Of a stretch of DNA of 64,000 nt, positions 14,217-26,600 are shown piece by piece (position 1 is the stretch's first letter; each line of letters starts with the position of its first letter). The stretch comes from Tubulanus polymorphus (Eukaryota > Animalia > Nemertea). Below the pieces are notes generated by a model. That model worked only from the letters and a program-made list of their open reading frames with translations. It was not told where the DNA came from and made no database searches. Location: assembly GCF_964204645.1 (NCBI RefSeq), contig NC_134035.1, forward strand, positions 3,906,001 to 3,970,000. The letters are read 5' to 3'. The position numbers and the translations under genes are program-made.

Positions 14217-14638
14217 TTTCAGATGTAATTTTAAAGAAAGGTAAAAGAAAAAAATCACCAAACACTAACTCTACCTACGCATTGTTTCTATGATCTCGGA
14301 CGTGTCGACCAGAATTGTTGAAAAACAAACCATTAAAAAGTTACATCCACATCACATTGAAATGCCGGTTTTGTGTGTGCGTAAAAGGGTCATCGGTTTC
14401 CTGGTCAGTTTTTCGATCGAGTCCACGCTATAGATTCGAATTCCGTGTATTCAAACTGTGCTTGTAGTCCTATGGAACGGGCGCGATGCGTCGCGGTCGG
14501 ACTTCAGTTAGATCAGCGATTCTGGTTGCGGGGCGCTGACGTCCTGACCGCGTGTGCTGGGTTCACTCGCGGGCCGCGAACCCGCCACCTCTCGGCTGCG
14601 AGTCGAGCCACGTATATCTAGATTATGACAATACCCTG

Positions 14639-17600
14639 TCATACGTAACTGATCGAACCCGCCGAGTCGTCGGGCGGCAGTTCGTCTATTCTATTCGCTT
14701 CCAGGTCGCTAACGTTGCGTCTCGTTCGCGCCGCCCTAATCTGTATTTCTCGATTGGTGGCTCGGCGATCGGCGTTGCGCTGATCGTTTTTCGTCACGCG
14801 GACGCCGTCTGCGGCCGACCGGCGATTGCCGCCGCCGCCGTGTTGACACAAGCAGGACGAATACGACGGACGAAAGTCGACGACGACCAGGTAGCATACG
14901 GGATACCCGCAGCCGAGCGTCACGAACAAGGTCACGTTCGACAAGACGACGATGCTCGACGATATCGGCAGCCCGCCGCCCGCGCAAATATTGATAATCC
15001 AGTAATTCAGATAGACTACGTAGATGACGCTGCAGGCTACCAGCGCGGAAATAGCCATGCGGTACTCGAAAGAGCTGGCGCTGAGTTGTAGCGTTACGGA
15101 TTCCAGGTGCCGATAGGCGTTGACGATGCAGTATATTAACACGGCGAACGGCGAGAAAACTGTCGTAATTAAAACTAATCCGAGGAACGAACCGATGTGT
15201 TGGTTGACGTGAGAGAAATCCAAGCTACAGTGCATAGCGCCTGAAAATATGATCGAATCTGAATTATATTTAGTGCAACGACTTCTATACTGGCGTATTA
15301 TCAACCGTTCGCTAGATATACAGGGGCTGGTATACGAACGGGTTCGCGCTAGCCCATCGCAACTTTAACGTGCCCTCTCGAAAAGCAACGGCAATTTCTT
15401 TCGAGGCAAATTTTCATTTAGAATTCACGTGTCCCTCTCGAGCCTCACTCCCTCTTTCGGTCGTATCAAAATGCACCAGAAGACTCCGCTTTGACTTCGC
15501 GGGTACTTGCCCTTTTTAACAGCCCTTTTCATTTTGTTCGTGCTCTTGGCAAATTCTGCCCCTCGACTCACCAGAACTGGACAATATATCATTATACCTT
15601 CCCATCCCAGAATTGGAGTTGCAACAACTTCCCCTCATTCAAGTGTCACAGTTTCGTATTCTTCGACTCTGGATTTGAAGAAATTACATGCCTTTTGGGA
15701 TATGACAAGTTCAGGTCCTATTACAAAAATGGTCAACAAAGGATAGCTGAGGGTGTACGGTTTGACTAGCCCCTCGGTGCGGAGTGACCTAATATTGCCT
15801 TTTCAGACGTCAAAGTGCCCTTTTGTGGAATGTGACAAGTTTGTCCAAATATTGACCCCCTATATACTAACTAACCTTGATACGATAATTCCTTCTCGAA
15901 GTAAACGGCGAATTTCATCACGTCGATCGTCGTTTGGAACCTGACTGCGGCGGTCACGTTCGAACCCCGCGCGCCGAGGAAAATACCGAAAGATCGTTGT
16001 AGATTGTTCGACACGGTCGCGTTGTAGTATTCCTCGGCGCTGACGTGGTCCTCAAATCGCAGGGTGACGCACACTTCCGCGCGTTGGACGACGCTGCGAC
16101 GAACGTGAACAGCGCGCACGATTCGAAAATAATCCATCAGCAAAGCTTTTAATTCCATCGTCTCGGTTTGCGTCGGCGGCTCGCACGGCGTCGATTCGTT
16201 TCTCCCGGGGAGGCACTCGGACGTATTTCGTTGCAAAGAAATGCACAAATCTGTCGAGCCTGGAACAAAGAGATATTATCGGGTATTATAGATCTCGTCG
16301 GAGTCTATCGCGCGTAAAACAAAAATGGAAGGAAAAAGTGGCCAAGTAAAAAGACTGATTTCTAAGAAAGCATCTTGTCAGCGGTGGATATCGAATGCTT
16401 GTCAGCATTCTCTTTTTGTCAACAGCGCTTCATTTTATATACCGGTTAATGGTACTTGACAAGACGGCGCGCTGTCAGAGGCCGTCGTAGTCGGGAAATC
16501 CTGTCGGATTAGGTATAGATTGGCAAAACCGAAAAAAAAAGAAAGAGAGATGGAGCGAAGGAGCGAAGGAATAGAATGCATTAGAAAGGGAAAAAATGAA
16601 GGAGAGAGTTTTTGAGACGTATTCGTCCTGTTGGAAATGTACACAATCGAATTGTAGAAATATTAACAAGCTATCGTGGATGATGAAATAAGCAAGGAGT
16701 ATTTAGATTATTATCATTTTGTGGTTCCGTGGCGTTGAGGTGGTAACTTCGGCAGTCACCTGCACAATCCGAAACGCTTACGACGCGGCTAATGATATCT
16801 CTAATTTCAAGAACCTACCTTTGAAATAACCGAATTCGCCCCAGGCGTAGATAGGACTTAGAAAGATCAGCACCAGTAGGACGTAGATTCCGACGACTAT
16901 CAATTTGGTGTTCGCGACGGAAAATGTCAGATTGTACTCGGTCGGTTTAATAAGCTTTGTCATTCTAAACAGAAACAGACAGAGAAATAGAGAGTAAAGG
17001 CACGTGCGTATATATAGCTACATGTAGAAACTTTTCTTTTCAAACACTGTTGGAATCGTAGCGCGAAAAACTTTTTGAAACCGCTTGATCATCGATTATT
17101 TGTATCCGTGGTGCCGTGAAGCCATTAGCGTTTGAGGATATTGTTTCAAAGCTATTGCTACGATGCTATTATATAGAACCACTTATCGACTGCGATTGTG
17201 GTGCGCAAATTAATCTTCAGCTAGCTTCAGTAGCTTCCGTTGTCAGCTATCATGAATTTGATACTATATGAAATAAATTTTACCAAATGAAAGCCCATAC
17301 ACGAAAACCTGAAATTAGTGTAATAGCGGGCTACTTAGGACCTTGGTTTAGGAGCTACATACTTTTTAAAGGATTTCTATCTATGAAATCAAATTAGGTA
17401 TTGGTTGCCTTGGTATCCGTTTCCATGGAAATTGCACCAGTTTCCATGGAACGGATATCGATTCCCCAAAGCTTTCGAATGATACCAAATTTGTCCATAT
17501 GGTATCCCTGTTGAACCGAACTTAATTTCTAGAGGACTTTTTTTGTACTTTGGTGCCCGTCTATATGCGTTGAAAGCGAAAAGGTTATATCTCCGGTGAT

Positions 17601-20600
17601 ATCTCCGGTCAAAGTTCTCTTCAATCATTGGAAAGCATTGGCAGCGTTATAAAGAATGGTATTTTCATCGAATTTCAGTTCGATCGAGCGAATTTGTTTG
17701 CAGCGTTATAACCGACTTGGTAGTAAATCTATAAAGTAATATCTCTACTTTTTTTACTGACCCATAACACCAGGTTTACGCGGCTCCTTTACAAATCTCG
17801 TTATGTTTCGATGTTTCGTTGGAATAATACGATATCAAGAATGATGACACCGCTTTGAGCAGGACGTTTTTTTTAAGCAAATCTTACGAAGCAAACCCGG
17901 AAATATAAGAAATATTAATTTATTTTTCACTTAAAGATTATGAACGATTCAAATGCCGAGTTAACGACGTAAGTGAGGGTGCAGTCACAGAGCCCACTGG
18001 CTGTAGCAACTTTGGACCAAGCCAAGCGGTGCCCGAACCCAAGGGACCAATATTCGTTTCTTTAAAGAAAAGCTTACCTTTCGAGGACCGTGACGGTGGA
18101 AAGCCAGACGGTGCCGGAAATCATGACGTAGAAAATCACCCCGTACAACTGACAGCCTATATACGTCATCACCCATTTACCTAGAAATCGATTTGAGAAA
18201 GAAATTCATTTCCTTAAATTGTTAATTTTCGCAGCGAATTTTGAGCGTATATTTTTTTCATTTTAGAAGAAAATTAAATCGAAGAAATTTGCTGTTATCT
18301 TTTTCAACGTCTTCCGGAATGCGTGCATGAATGAAACGCTGTGGCGAGTGAGGCTTATCGATGTTCGATGCTAATGTTCGTCGTGTGACAGTTTCAACGA
18401 AAAGGTGGTGTTTTTCTTAATAATTTGAACGATGAATGCTCATTCTCGGTAGCAATTGAAAAGCTGTTTCTTTGCTGGTTTTCATCAGCAGCAAATGGCT
18501 GCTGACGTGCGTGGAAGCCACGGCGCGTTATCGGCTGATGCAGTCTGCGCTTAGATCGTCTGACTCGTCTACACGACGTCGCTACAGATCGATGAGAGAT
18601 AATTTGAATAAACGAACACATCAGAGACGCTCGTAATACGATTTCTTTCTCTATTTCGCGCCGGTCATCTCGTCCCCTCGGCCCTCTCGAATACACGCTG
18701 AATTCTCCGTTTAATTTATTCTGTCTCGACATAACATCAGGTAGCCGGCGGGAGACCTGGTTTGTAGACACCTCCTACGCGGAATGAATAGGAATGAATA
18801 ATGGACGAAATTGACCGTGCATGGCGATAAATAATGGTTCGGTATAAGATTTCAGATTTTATGCTGCCGCCGCAGCATTTCGTGAGCTGTTGCGTTTTAT
18901 GAAGCGTGCAGTAGGTTATTGTCAATTAGGCTGCCTCTAATATAGGCAGTTTTTATGCATTTCTCATATACCTTATTATTTTCTTTTTTCCAAAACGATT
19001 GATTTATGTTCTACACGGCGGCGGGGCATTAGGTACTTAGCGATATCAAACCGACTGACCCGATCCCGCGCTCCGGAGTCCGTGGTGACGAAGCCGATAA
19101 GCTGGACTAGACCGACCAGACTTGTAGCTGTCAGTTTTCGGTATACGGGGTATATGATTAACGACCTTGTTTATCGGATCATATTGTAAACTCGAGTTAT
19201 TCATCCCTATACACGGTATACATGTATAAATCAAATATCGGTAGGTTCGTTTACCGATAAACTGCAGGGGAAGATATTAATTGTGACGACAGGTGGTCAA
19301 ACATCATAACACCTAAACGAACGAACCAATATTCGCTCGAAGAAAGACGCGTCAATCAGCTACCGACTTTTTTTTCTTAATCTCGAAATATAGGAAATTG
19401 TCCCTCCATTGATTTGGTGTCCCTTACGAACCCACCAGTGATACCACTACTGGGAACGAAACAGGAGGTTCGCTGTCGATATCGGAAGTAAAAATATGGT
19501 TGGATCGGGCGGCCGAATTTACCGAATTGTTTGTATAAATTGAAAGAGTATACGTAATATTGGAAATTTCGATTTCGGTTCGTGTTTACAATCTTCCACC
19601 CAGCCTGACCCGGCAAGCGACTGATTGGGTTAAGTTTTGTTGGTTGCCTAATTCCATGCATCGAGATTTGGAGGTGAAACTCCTCTATGTTGTTTGTTGA
19701 CTAGATAAGAAGCCACTCGCGTATGTCGTCACGTCTTCTGCAGACGACACCAATTTCACCCCGGCCCGAGTTGATTAAAGCGGCGTACAGCGGATTTACT
19801 TATCGCAGACGAGATCGACTCTGATCGGATTGTTATTGATAATCGATCGATATTCTATGCTGCCGACGTCAAACATAGACGACAAGAACAGATAAGTTCA
19901 CGGGGAGCCGTCTCGTACCCACGTATAGAGTTCACTAAGTGAACTCTAGATTGCAATTCACGTGAAATGAATAGATGCATGCTTATGAGATCAGCATCGT
20001 TAACGCAAGGAGCTGCAGATTTTTAAAGAGCGGTGGCTGATTTTTAGAGGGTTTGATGTAGAAATGACAGTGGCAACCGCTCTACATAAGTGTCACCCAA
20101 TTTGACTTGATATTAGATTTTTAGATCATTATAAATCATCCCATTTACGCGACAGCGCCACAACGCTTTCGAGGACATTAAGATGGGAAAGAATCCTTGT
20201 CCCGGCTATACGGGATGAGACTTTAAGTCCAAAGTGTTCGTAAATCTTGTCTTAAGTTGTTAGATTGGCTTGAGAACAAAGATGGCCTTAGACTGGTCTT
20301 GAGTAAAAGCCGTGACTATGGAGCCTGGCGGTTTGACGATGTTTTTGAGTTCCCGAACGGTCGATGCTTTTTCGATTTGTCGATTTCAAAGCAGCCTCAA
20401 AAATAGAATTGAATCTTTGCATTTGACAAATTATTCGAAAGCAAATCGTCTATCTGAAACATAATTTGAAATCATTCGAAGGCAAATCGATCTGTCGTAT
20501 AGGAAATTCCTCTTGAGAAGAATTACCCTTTTTTCTTGTGTGGAAGAAACGTCGTTTGCCAACGAATACTCTTTTATAGTTAACCAAGGTGAAAGTGTGG

Positions 20601-23600
20601 CTGCGCGAGTTTGATCGAGGGACGCGTTTACTATATTGATTCCCGTTGTCTGTTTAATGAAACGGTCTTGCGGGGAAAATCAAACAGCTTTGCCGGTGAT
20701 GATTTACGCAGCGGAACTATAGAAACCAACTGTGCCGTTCATCAACCACTTGTCCATACTTATTGGATCTCATTTTATTCTCACTTCCAGCAGTCAATGA
20801 ACCTTAGTCAGCGTGGAAAATCTATCGAAATATCACCAATCATCTGTTGTGGGTTTTAAGTTTTGAATGCTTCATTTTCAAATATTAATTTGCAGCATAG
20901 CGTATATAGATACCATATACAAAATACAGTTACTTAGACTTGGTGGGGTCTGTAGAAACTAAGAAATCGTAATAGTTATTTTATTTCAATTGCGACTTCT
21001 CACTGTGGTACAATGTACATCGGCGCTCTCCATCTATAGAATTGGTATTTGACCACCAGCCTATAACTCTTAACCATTTATCAGTCATCTCTCCTTGGAT
21101 AGATGTAACGTCAGAGCAGCTGCAAGCGCTCAGGAGTCGTCTATCGGACCAGGTACCCAATTTACTCCTGGGTGAAGAATGACAATGAGGATAAGTGTCT
21201 TGAGTACACACGGTAATGTACGGGGTTCGAACACACGAACTGGCTTCCCAGAGCCGAACGCTCTAAAGACTCGCCCACACCGCTCGCAAAATGGTTAAGC
21301 AGGTCCACCGAAAAGAAATAAGTGAAGAAAAGAGAGAGAGAGAGAGTCTACACTGAACAAGTCAGTCATTTGATGACAAATGGAACACGTCAGAGCTAAA
21401 TCCTATTAGCGAAATTCGATGCATTTTTTTACATCTTCGTCGGTTGATAGAAAAAGCCTTAATTGCTTCGACGCTCAATTTACGGCCATTCGATATAACA
21501 CGAAACGAAATATACAACGATTCGTAGTGTCAGAAAGTGATTTAGTAGTTCATTGCAGCTGAGCCTGAGTTTGGTATATAAATACGCGAAGTGCCCGATG
21601 GGGAAAGCGGCGACGCCGTGTCACGCAACAATACCCGTTCAAACGCCCAGCACGCTATAGGACTTGCACCTCATCGATCAACAACAACACTGTCCTCTGT
21701 GTATATGTCGAATTTATCCGAAGAAATATTCGCGTCTCGAAAGATAGTGCGGAATGTGGTACCCGCGAAACCAGATGGCGAGACGATCAGTAGGTTGTCA
21801 GTTCGCAAAACTGGATTTTTAGACTCCCTAGTCCATATATCATCATAACACGGCCCCCACCAAATATGCAATACTTTCATTCTTCAACTCGGATATCCGT
21901 CAATTTTCTTGACCAATTGATTCATTTGAGAGAGAAGTTCATTTACATTTAATTGAAATGTAGAAGAAATCGAACGCAGACAACCAACTTATCTACTAGC
22001 GAACCTGGCGGATCCTCGCTTGCCATACGTGGAATCCTCGATTGCCAAAGTAGCACTGCGGGTAACCCATCAAGAAAGGGTTTTGAATTTCAATAATGTT
22101 GTTCACGAGTTGAATCCCACAATTTGAGGAAACCGTGTTACACGAACATATTTCTTATTTTTCTATTCGGACCCCTGCAAGTATGATTTGCTGTGGTTTG
22201 TATTCTGTACTTTGTACACTCATATTTGAAAATTATGCATTCATTCATTCAAATTAAAACGGTAGGCTCCCGGGAAGATGATCATTGAGTTAATTTTCGC
22301 CGATCGGATAATTATGAAATTGATTTAAGTTGTGGTGATTTAATTGAGTTAAGAAGTCGGAATTCGATGGCCGCCGGCTCGGGAAAAACATTGAATTGAA
22401 TAAGAAATCGGATTTTCATTTGATTTTATGATATTTCAATACGCAAAACCATTTTGAAAAAATGATTAAGATCCAATGAATAAAATGAGTGTATTCAAAC
22501 GTCTACTTAATACACTGACGCAAATAGTTATAGCCATCCTCGGGTGAACCCGAAGGTGCGGTTCCTTATCGTCTCATTTCATTTCCTCTGTCGTTGATAC
22601 ACGAATTAACACATCTATTATGACTATCATCCGGTGTGACTACCGTGTAGGATTTACGTAATCGTGGGCGTTAAGACTGCGGCTTACGTCGACCTGCGGC
22701 AACTGAGAGCAACCGCAATAACACAGCTCATGTCGCGTGCGCTTCGATTCCTGAGCAACTGAGAGGGATATGAGATCGAGCGAGTTGCTTCTCCGCTTTT
22801 AATGTCGGTACTCTCCACGAGTGTCTGATGTAGATGTTATAAACTAGTTAATTCCTGCGAGCGTTCTGGTAAGGTAAGAGTGATACGCATGGCGACAAAC
22901 TTTATTACCACTGACCAACTGGACCAGTGATATTGGTATACTTGGTTTGCGCGCGAAAATAGACCCGGGTTCGAACCCCGTTGAGTGCGCGTAATTTCAC
23001 TGTCATTTGTCTTCATCATTTGTCGTTAACATTGGTGGACAACCGAGTTTGGGAGAACCCGATGGTATTACTGATAGTTTTAATTATATCAAGTAAAGAC
23101 GTGGCCTATGGGGTTCAACAAGGGAAGGTCTCCGGGGACTCGTTATCGAGTTTTTCATAACATATTCTAATGATATCAAGTACTAACGAGGCTTGAAATT
23201 CGCTAACAGCCTTATGCAATAACAAGATGCATCAAGCGCGTTACATTCTCAGAAACATCGGAACAATAAATATTCAAATCGCACTCGGTAAAAACGATTT
23301 GATTAATCATTGTCGGTCATTAGAAAACCTCCGAGAGAATTCCGAAACGTTATGTTGCCATTCTTTACGGCGTCTGCGCAAAACGAATCGGCAGCCGAGC
23401 GAGTCCCAATTCGGCCTAATTAATCCCCAGATGATCATCCGATACGTAGTCAACACACCTTCGTTCGTCGTCACAAATCGAGACGCAGTTTGATGACGTT
23501 ATGACCTTAATCAAGTGCCCACACACGCGCGCACAAATTACCATTTGACTTTCAAAATTTCATCTAAATTCGCTCTGTTTGTTGCTCTACAGTTTACTGC

Positions 23601-26600
23601 TATCTGCGTCATCCACAGTATCTCTGATTGCGACGGTTCGTGTCGCCAGACGATGCGAAAAATCTACAACTTTTTTTTTGTTTTTATTCAACTCACGAAT
23701 TCCACTGGGAAGCGATTATTTTTCACCGCAGCAGACACGATTCCCACGCGTTGACGAGTTACAAATTCTCCGAAATAGTCCATGAATAAATATGCAATGA
23801 ATGATTTCACCTATAATCATGGCCAGTTTTTCTGATTGATATTCATTTTCCAATCTCTAGTATTTGATTCTGTCAAGTCTGATCGGCTCTCTTCGAGGCC
23901 GCTTCACAAACTACCCCGGTGGCACTGGAAATGTTATGACACGATGCGAAGGTTCAACAAGCTGGTTTCAGTCGGACGCCTGGACCGAAGAACCTGCGAC
24001 CTCCGCGGCATTTGAATCTCGGTGAGCCCTAACCGCGTGGTGATCGACCTAGTTTTTTTTCTTTTTTTGCTACGGCCCTATGTGTGTACCGTATATACAA
24101 ATTTAATATACAAAGGAATGCTTTATTCTTTTTATCTTGAAATAGGGATTGGCCCTGTTATTTTATTGGTAGATTTCGTCTAATTCTATGATTTGTTGTC
24201 CCTTACAAACCCACCATACCTGCCGGGAGCGAAACAGAGGGTTTCCTATAGTTTAAGAAGTATGTCTTCGGATTTTTTTTGTTACGCGTGTGGTGTCTTG
24301 TTTAGTCGGCTGGGTCGCGGCGACCGTCGGGCTTGCCGAGGTCTCGACCGGGATCTAGAATATTTTCGAAATAATAGTAGTTTTTGTACGGAGCAGTAGC
24401 TGTTATTTCCTTAACTCAGGCTGTATAAGCTATTCGATTAACTTTGTTGGGACAAGAATCATTCTCGCAATGATTAAGAAGGGTATATACTGTTATGACG
24501 GGCGGTAATTCATTTTGCGATAGATGATGAATATAAAGCTGATTCTCAGTGAACGTCATTTCCGAAACCAACTGCGGAAATATTTGTGGGTTCTTTTAAC
24601 GACGTTCAGTATGATCGAGGCATTTTGTACGGCGAGAATTGCTCCACTTTTTTCAGACGGGAATGATAGGTTTGAGTGAAGGTGGACGATGTCCCCCCAA
24701 CAGGGGCGTCTAGCTCAATGCCTACGTATGGACTTTGTTCGTCATGGCTTATACATAGAAGACTATATCGGGCTTTCTCTTTCAGATCATACACGGCGAA
24801 GGGGACCACGGGCTCCATGCGTCCTTTTCCAGTCATTTTCAGGTTGCTCCTATAGTATCATGCCTGATATATGGGTGGTATAGAGAACGTCGTATATACA
24901 GCTCGGAGAAGGCGATGCTGAATTAGTGAACACGGAAATTGACCAACATGGGAAAATAATCGATTTCTATCATTTTCCATGATGTTCTATTTCCGAATGT
25001 GACTATACTATCAAATTCCAGCACTGGATTGTTCTATCTGATTCCAATTAGTAGTCAACACTGTGCCTCTACCCACGCTGTGCATTTTCCAGATGTGACA
25101 ATTCTATTATTCCAATACTGGATTTTTAGGACATTTTCGTGTCGGTCGGTTTCCACGTTGTACTGTCTATGATGGGTATATATATTTCATGTTGTACCTT
25201 GAACTTGAACATTATTTTATCGCCCCGAATACTTACAAATTGTATATTATAGGGAATACATGCAATGAGATATTAACAACAATACAGGACGGTACATTAA
25301 ATATAAACATCGCCCGATGAACACGTTCCCCTCAGCTGGGACTCGAACCCGATGGCACCGCACGACTGCACGTCGACGCGGTATACGGTGCCACAGGGTT
25401 CGAGACTCCGCTAAGGGTGAATAAACATATGTAAAATAGGCCTACTTTTTTAACATATTAAAGTAGGAAACTACGAAATACCAGTAATAACGTGAAAAGA
25501 GGTTAGGTGTACCGATTCATCTCTTGATTATTCAGTATAGCATTACGTCTACAAACATGAAGCCGTTCTATAAAATACCAAACGGCGATATTTTGATACG
25601 ATATTTTCCTAGAATACCGCGTTTTAACTCAAACGACGAATAATTTCCTAGGGTTTCCTTCCGAGAATGGACGGTCACGATTGCGGGACACGGTTGCGAC
25701 GCAACTCGCGTGCCGGTGTCCCCGTTCTCGCGCACACGCAGACAAATACATCGTGCCGCGAGAGACGATATTAATTTGTTGACATCCGTTGCGACCGTCT
25801 CGACGGCGAAATCGTGTACACTGTGTAAAACATGTACAAAACGAAGATGTTATTTGATTAACTATAGTGTTGTTCAGAAACATTAGCGAAGATGGACACA
25901 CGGCTTTGAGCGATATGCCCACGCATATTTTTAATTCGCAAAAGAAACATCTACAAAGTTGGACCGATTTTAGCCGCGATCACACGAATTGGCCCGGGCC
26001 AAATTGGCACGGAATCAGGCCCGAGCCAGGTTTGGCGCGTGCCTTAGAAAGGTCGCCCACACGCAAACTACTAACTCGATGCAGCTTAAACATAGCTTAG
26101 TGAGTCATTCCCGGAACCGGTTGCAATTAAAACGAGATCATTATTTTGACCCGTGCTAAAATTTGGTTCGGACTGCTCCGACATTTTTGGTCGGGCCAAA
26201 TTTGGCCAAACAGGCACGGGCCCATTGGAACCCGTGTGAACATTGTATCGGGCCACTCGGTGATCACGGCTTTTAAATGTGTTTACGTTTTATCAGACTT
26301 TGAAATCGTTTAAAAGAAACATGATGGTAACGGGAAACAGCGGAACGTTTGAATCCGTGTTTCATTGTCTCCCTACGTTGGCTGCGTTAGAGCGTTAAAC
26401 TTCGATGAAAACAGAGAACAAAAAAGACGCAGTGACGAATGTTCGAACTTATTGAATCTAATCTGAGGCGGCAGGTTCTATACACGCGATTGAAGCTCGC
26501 ATCAAAGTCACGATTCATTCCGGTGCCGGTTTTGATTGAGTTGATATCCGTGTAGATGTGTGCGTACTGCATTCATACGACGAACCCATTATATCCATCA

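Noticed and set aside
14552-15091. 179-aa plus-strand ORF
   Set aside because: Antisense shadow of the GC-rich last exon of the GPCR
22920-22992. tRNA genes at B-box motifs (also ~33150, ~34820, ~49545)
   Set aside because: No complete cloverleaf could be formed; these look like SINE or tRNA-derived fragments
24606-24836. YVGIELDAPVGG resembling a CAP-Gly motif
   Set aside because: The GKNDG...YF part is missing, there is no supporting exon structure, and a short chance match is likely
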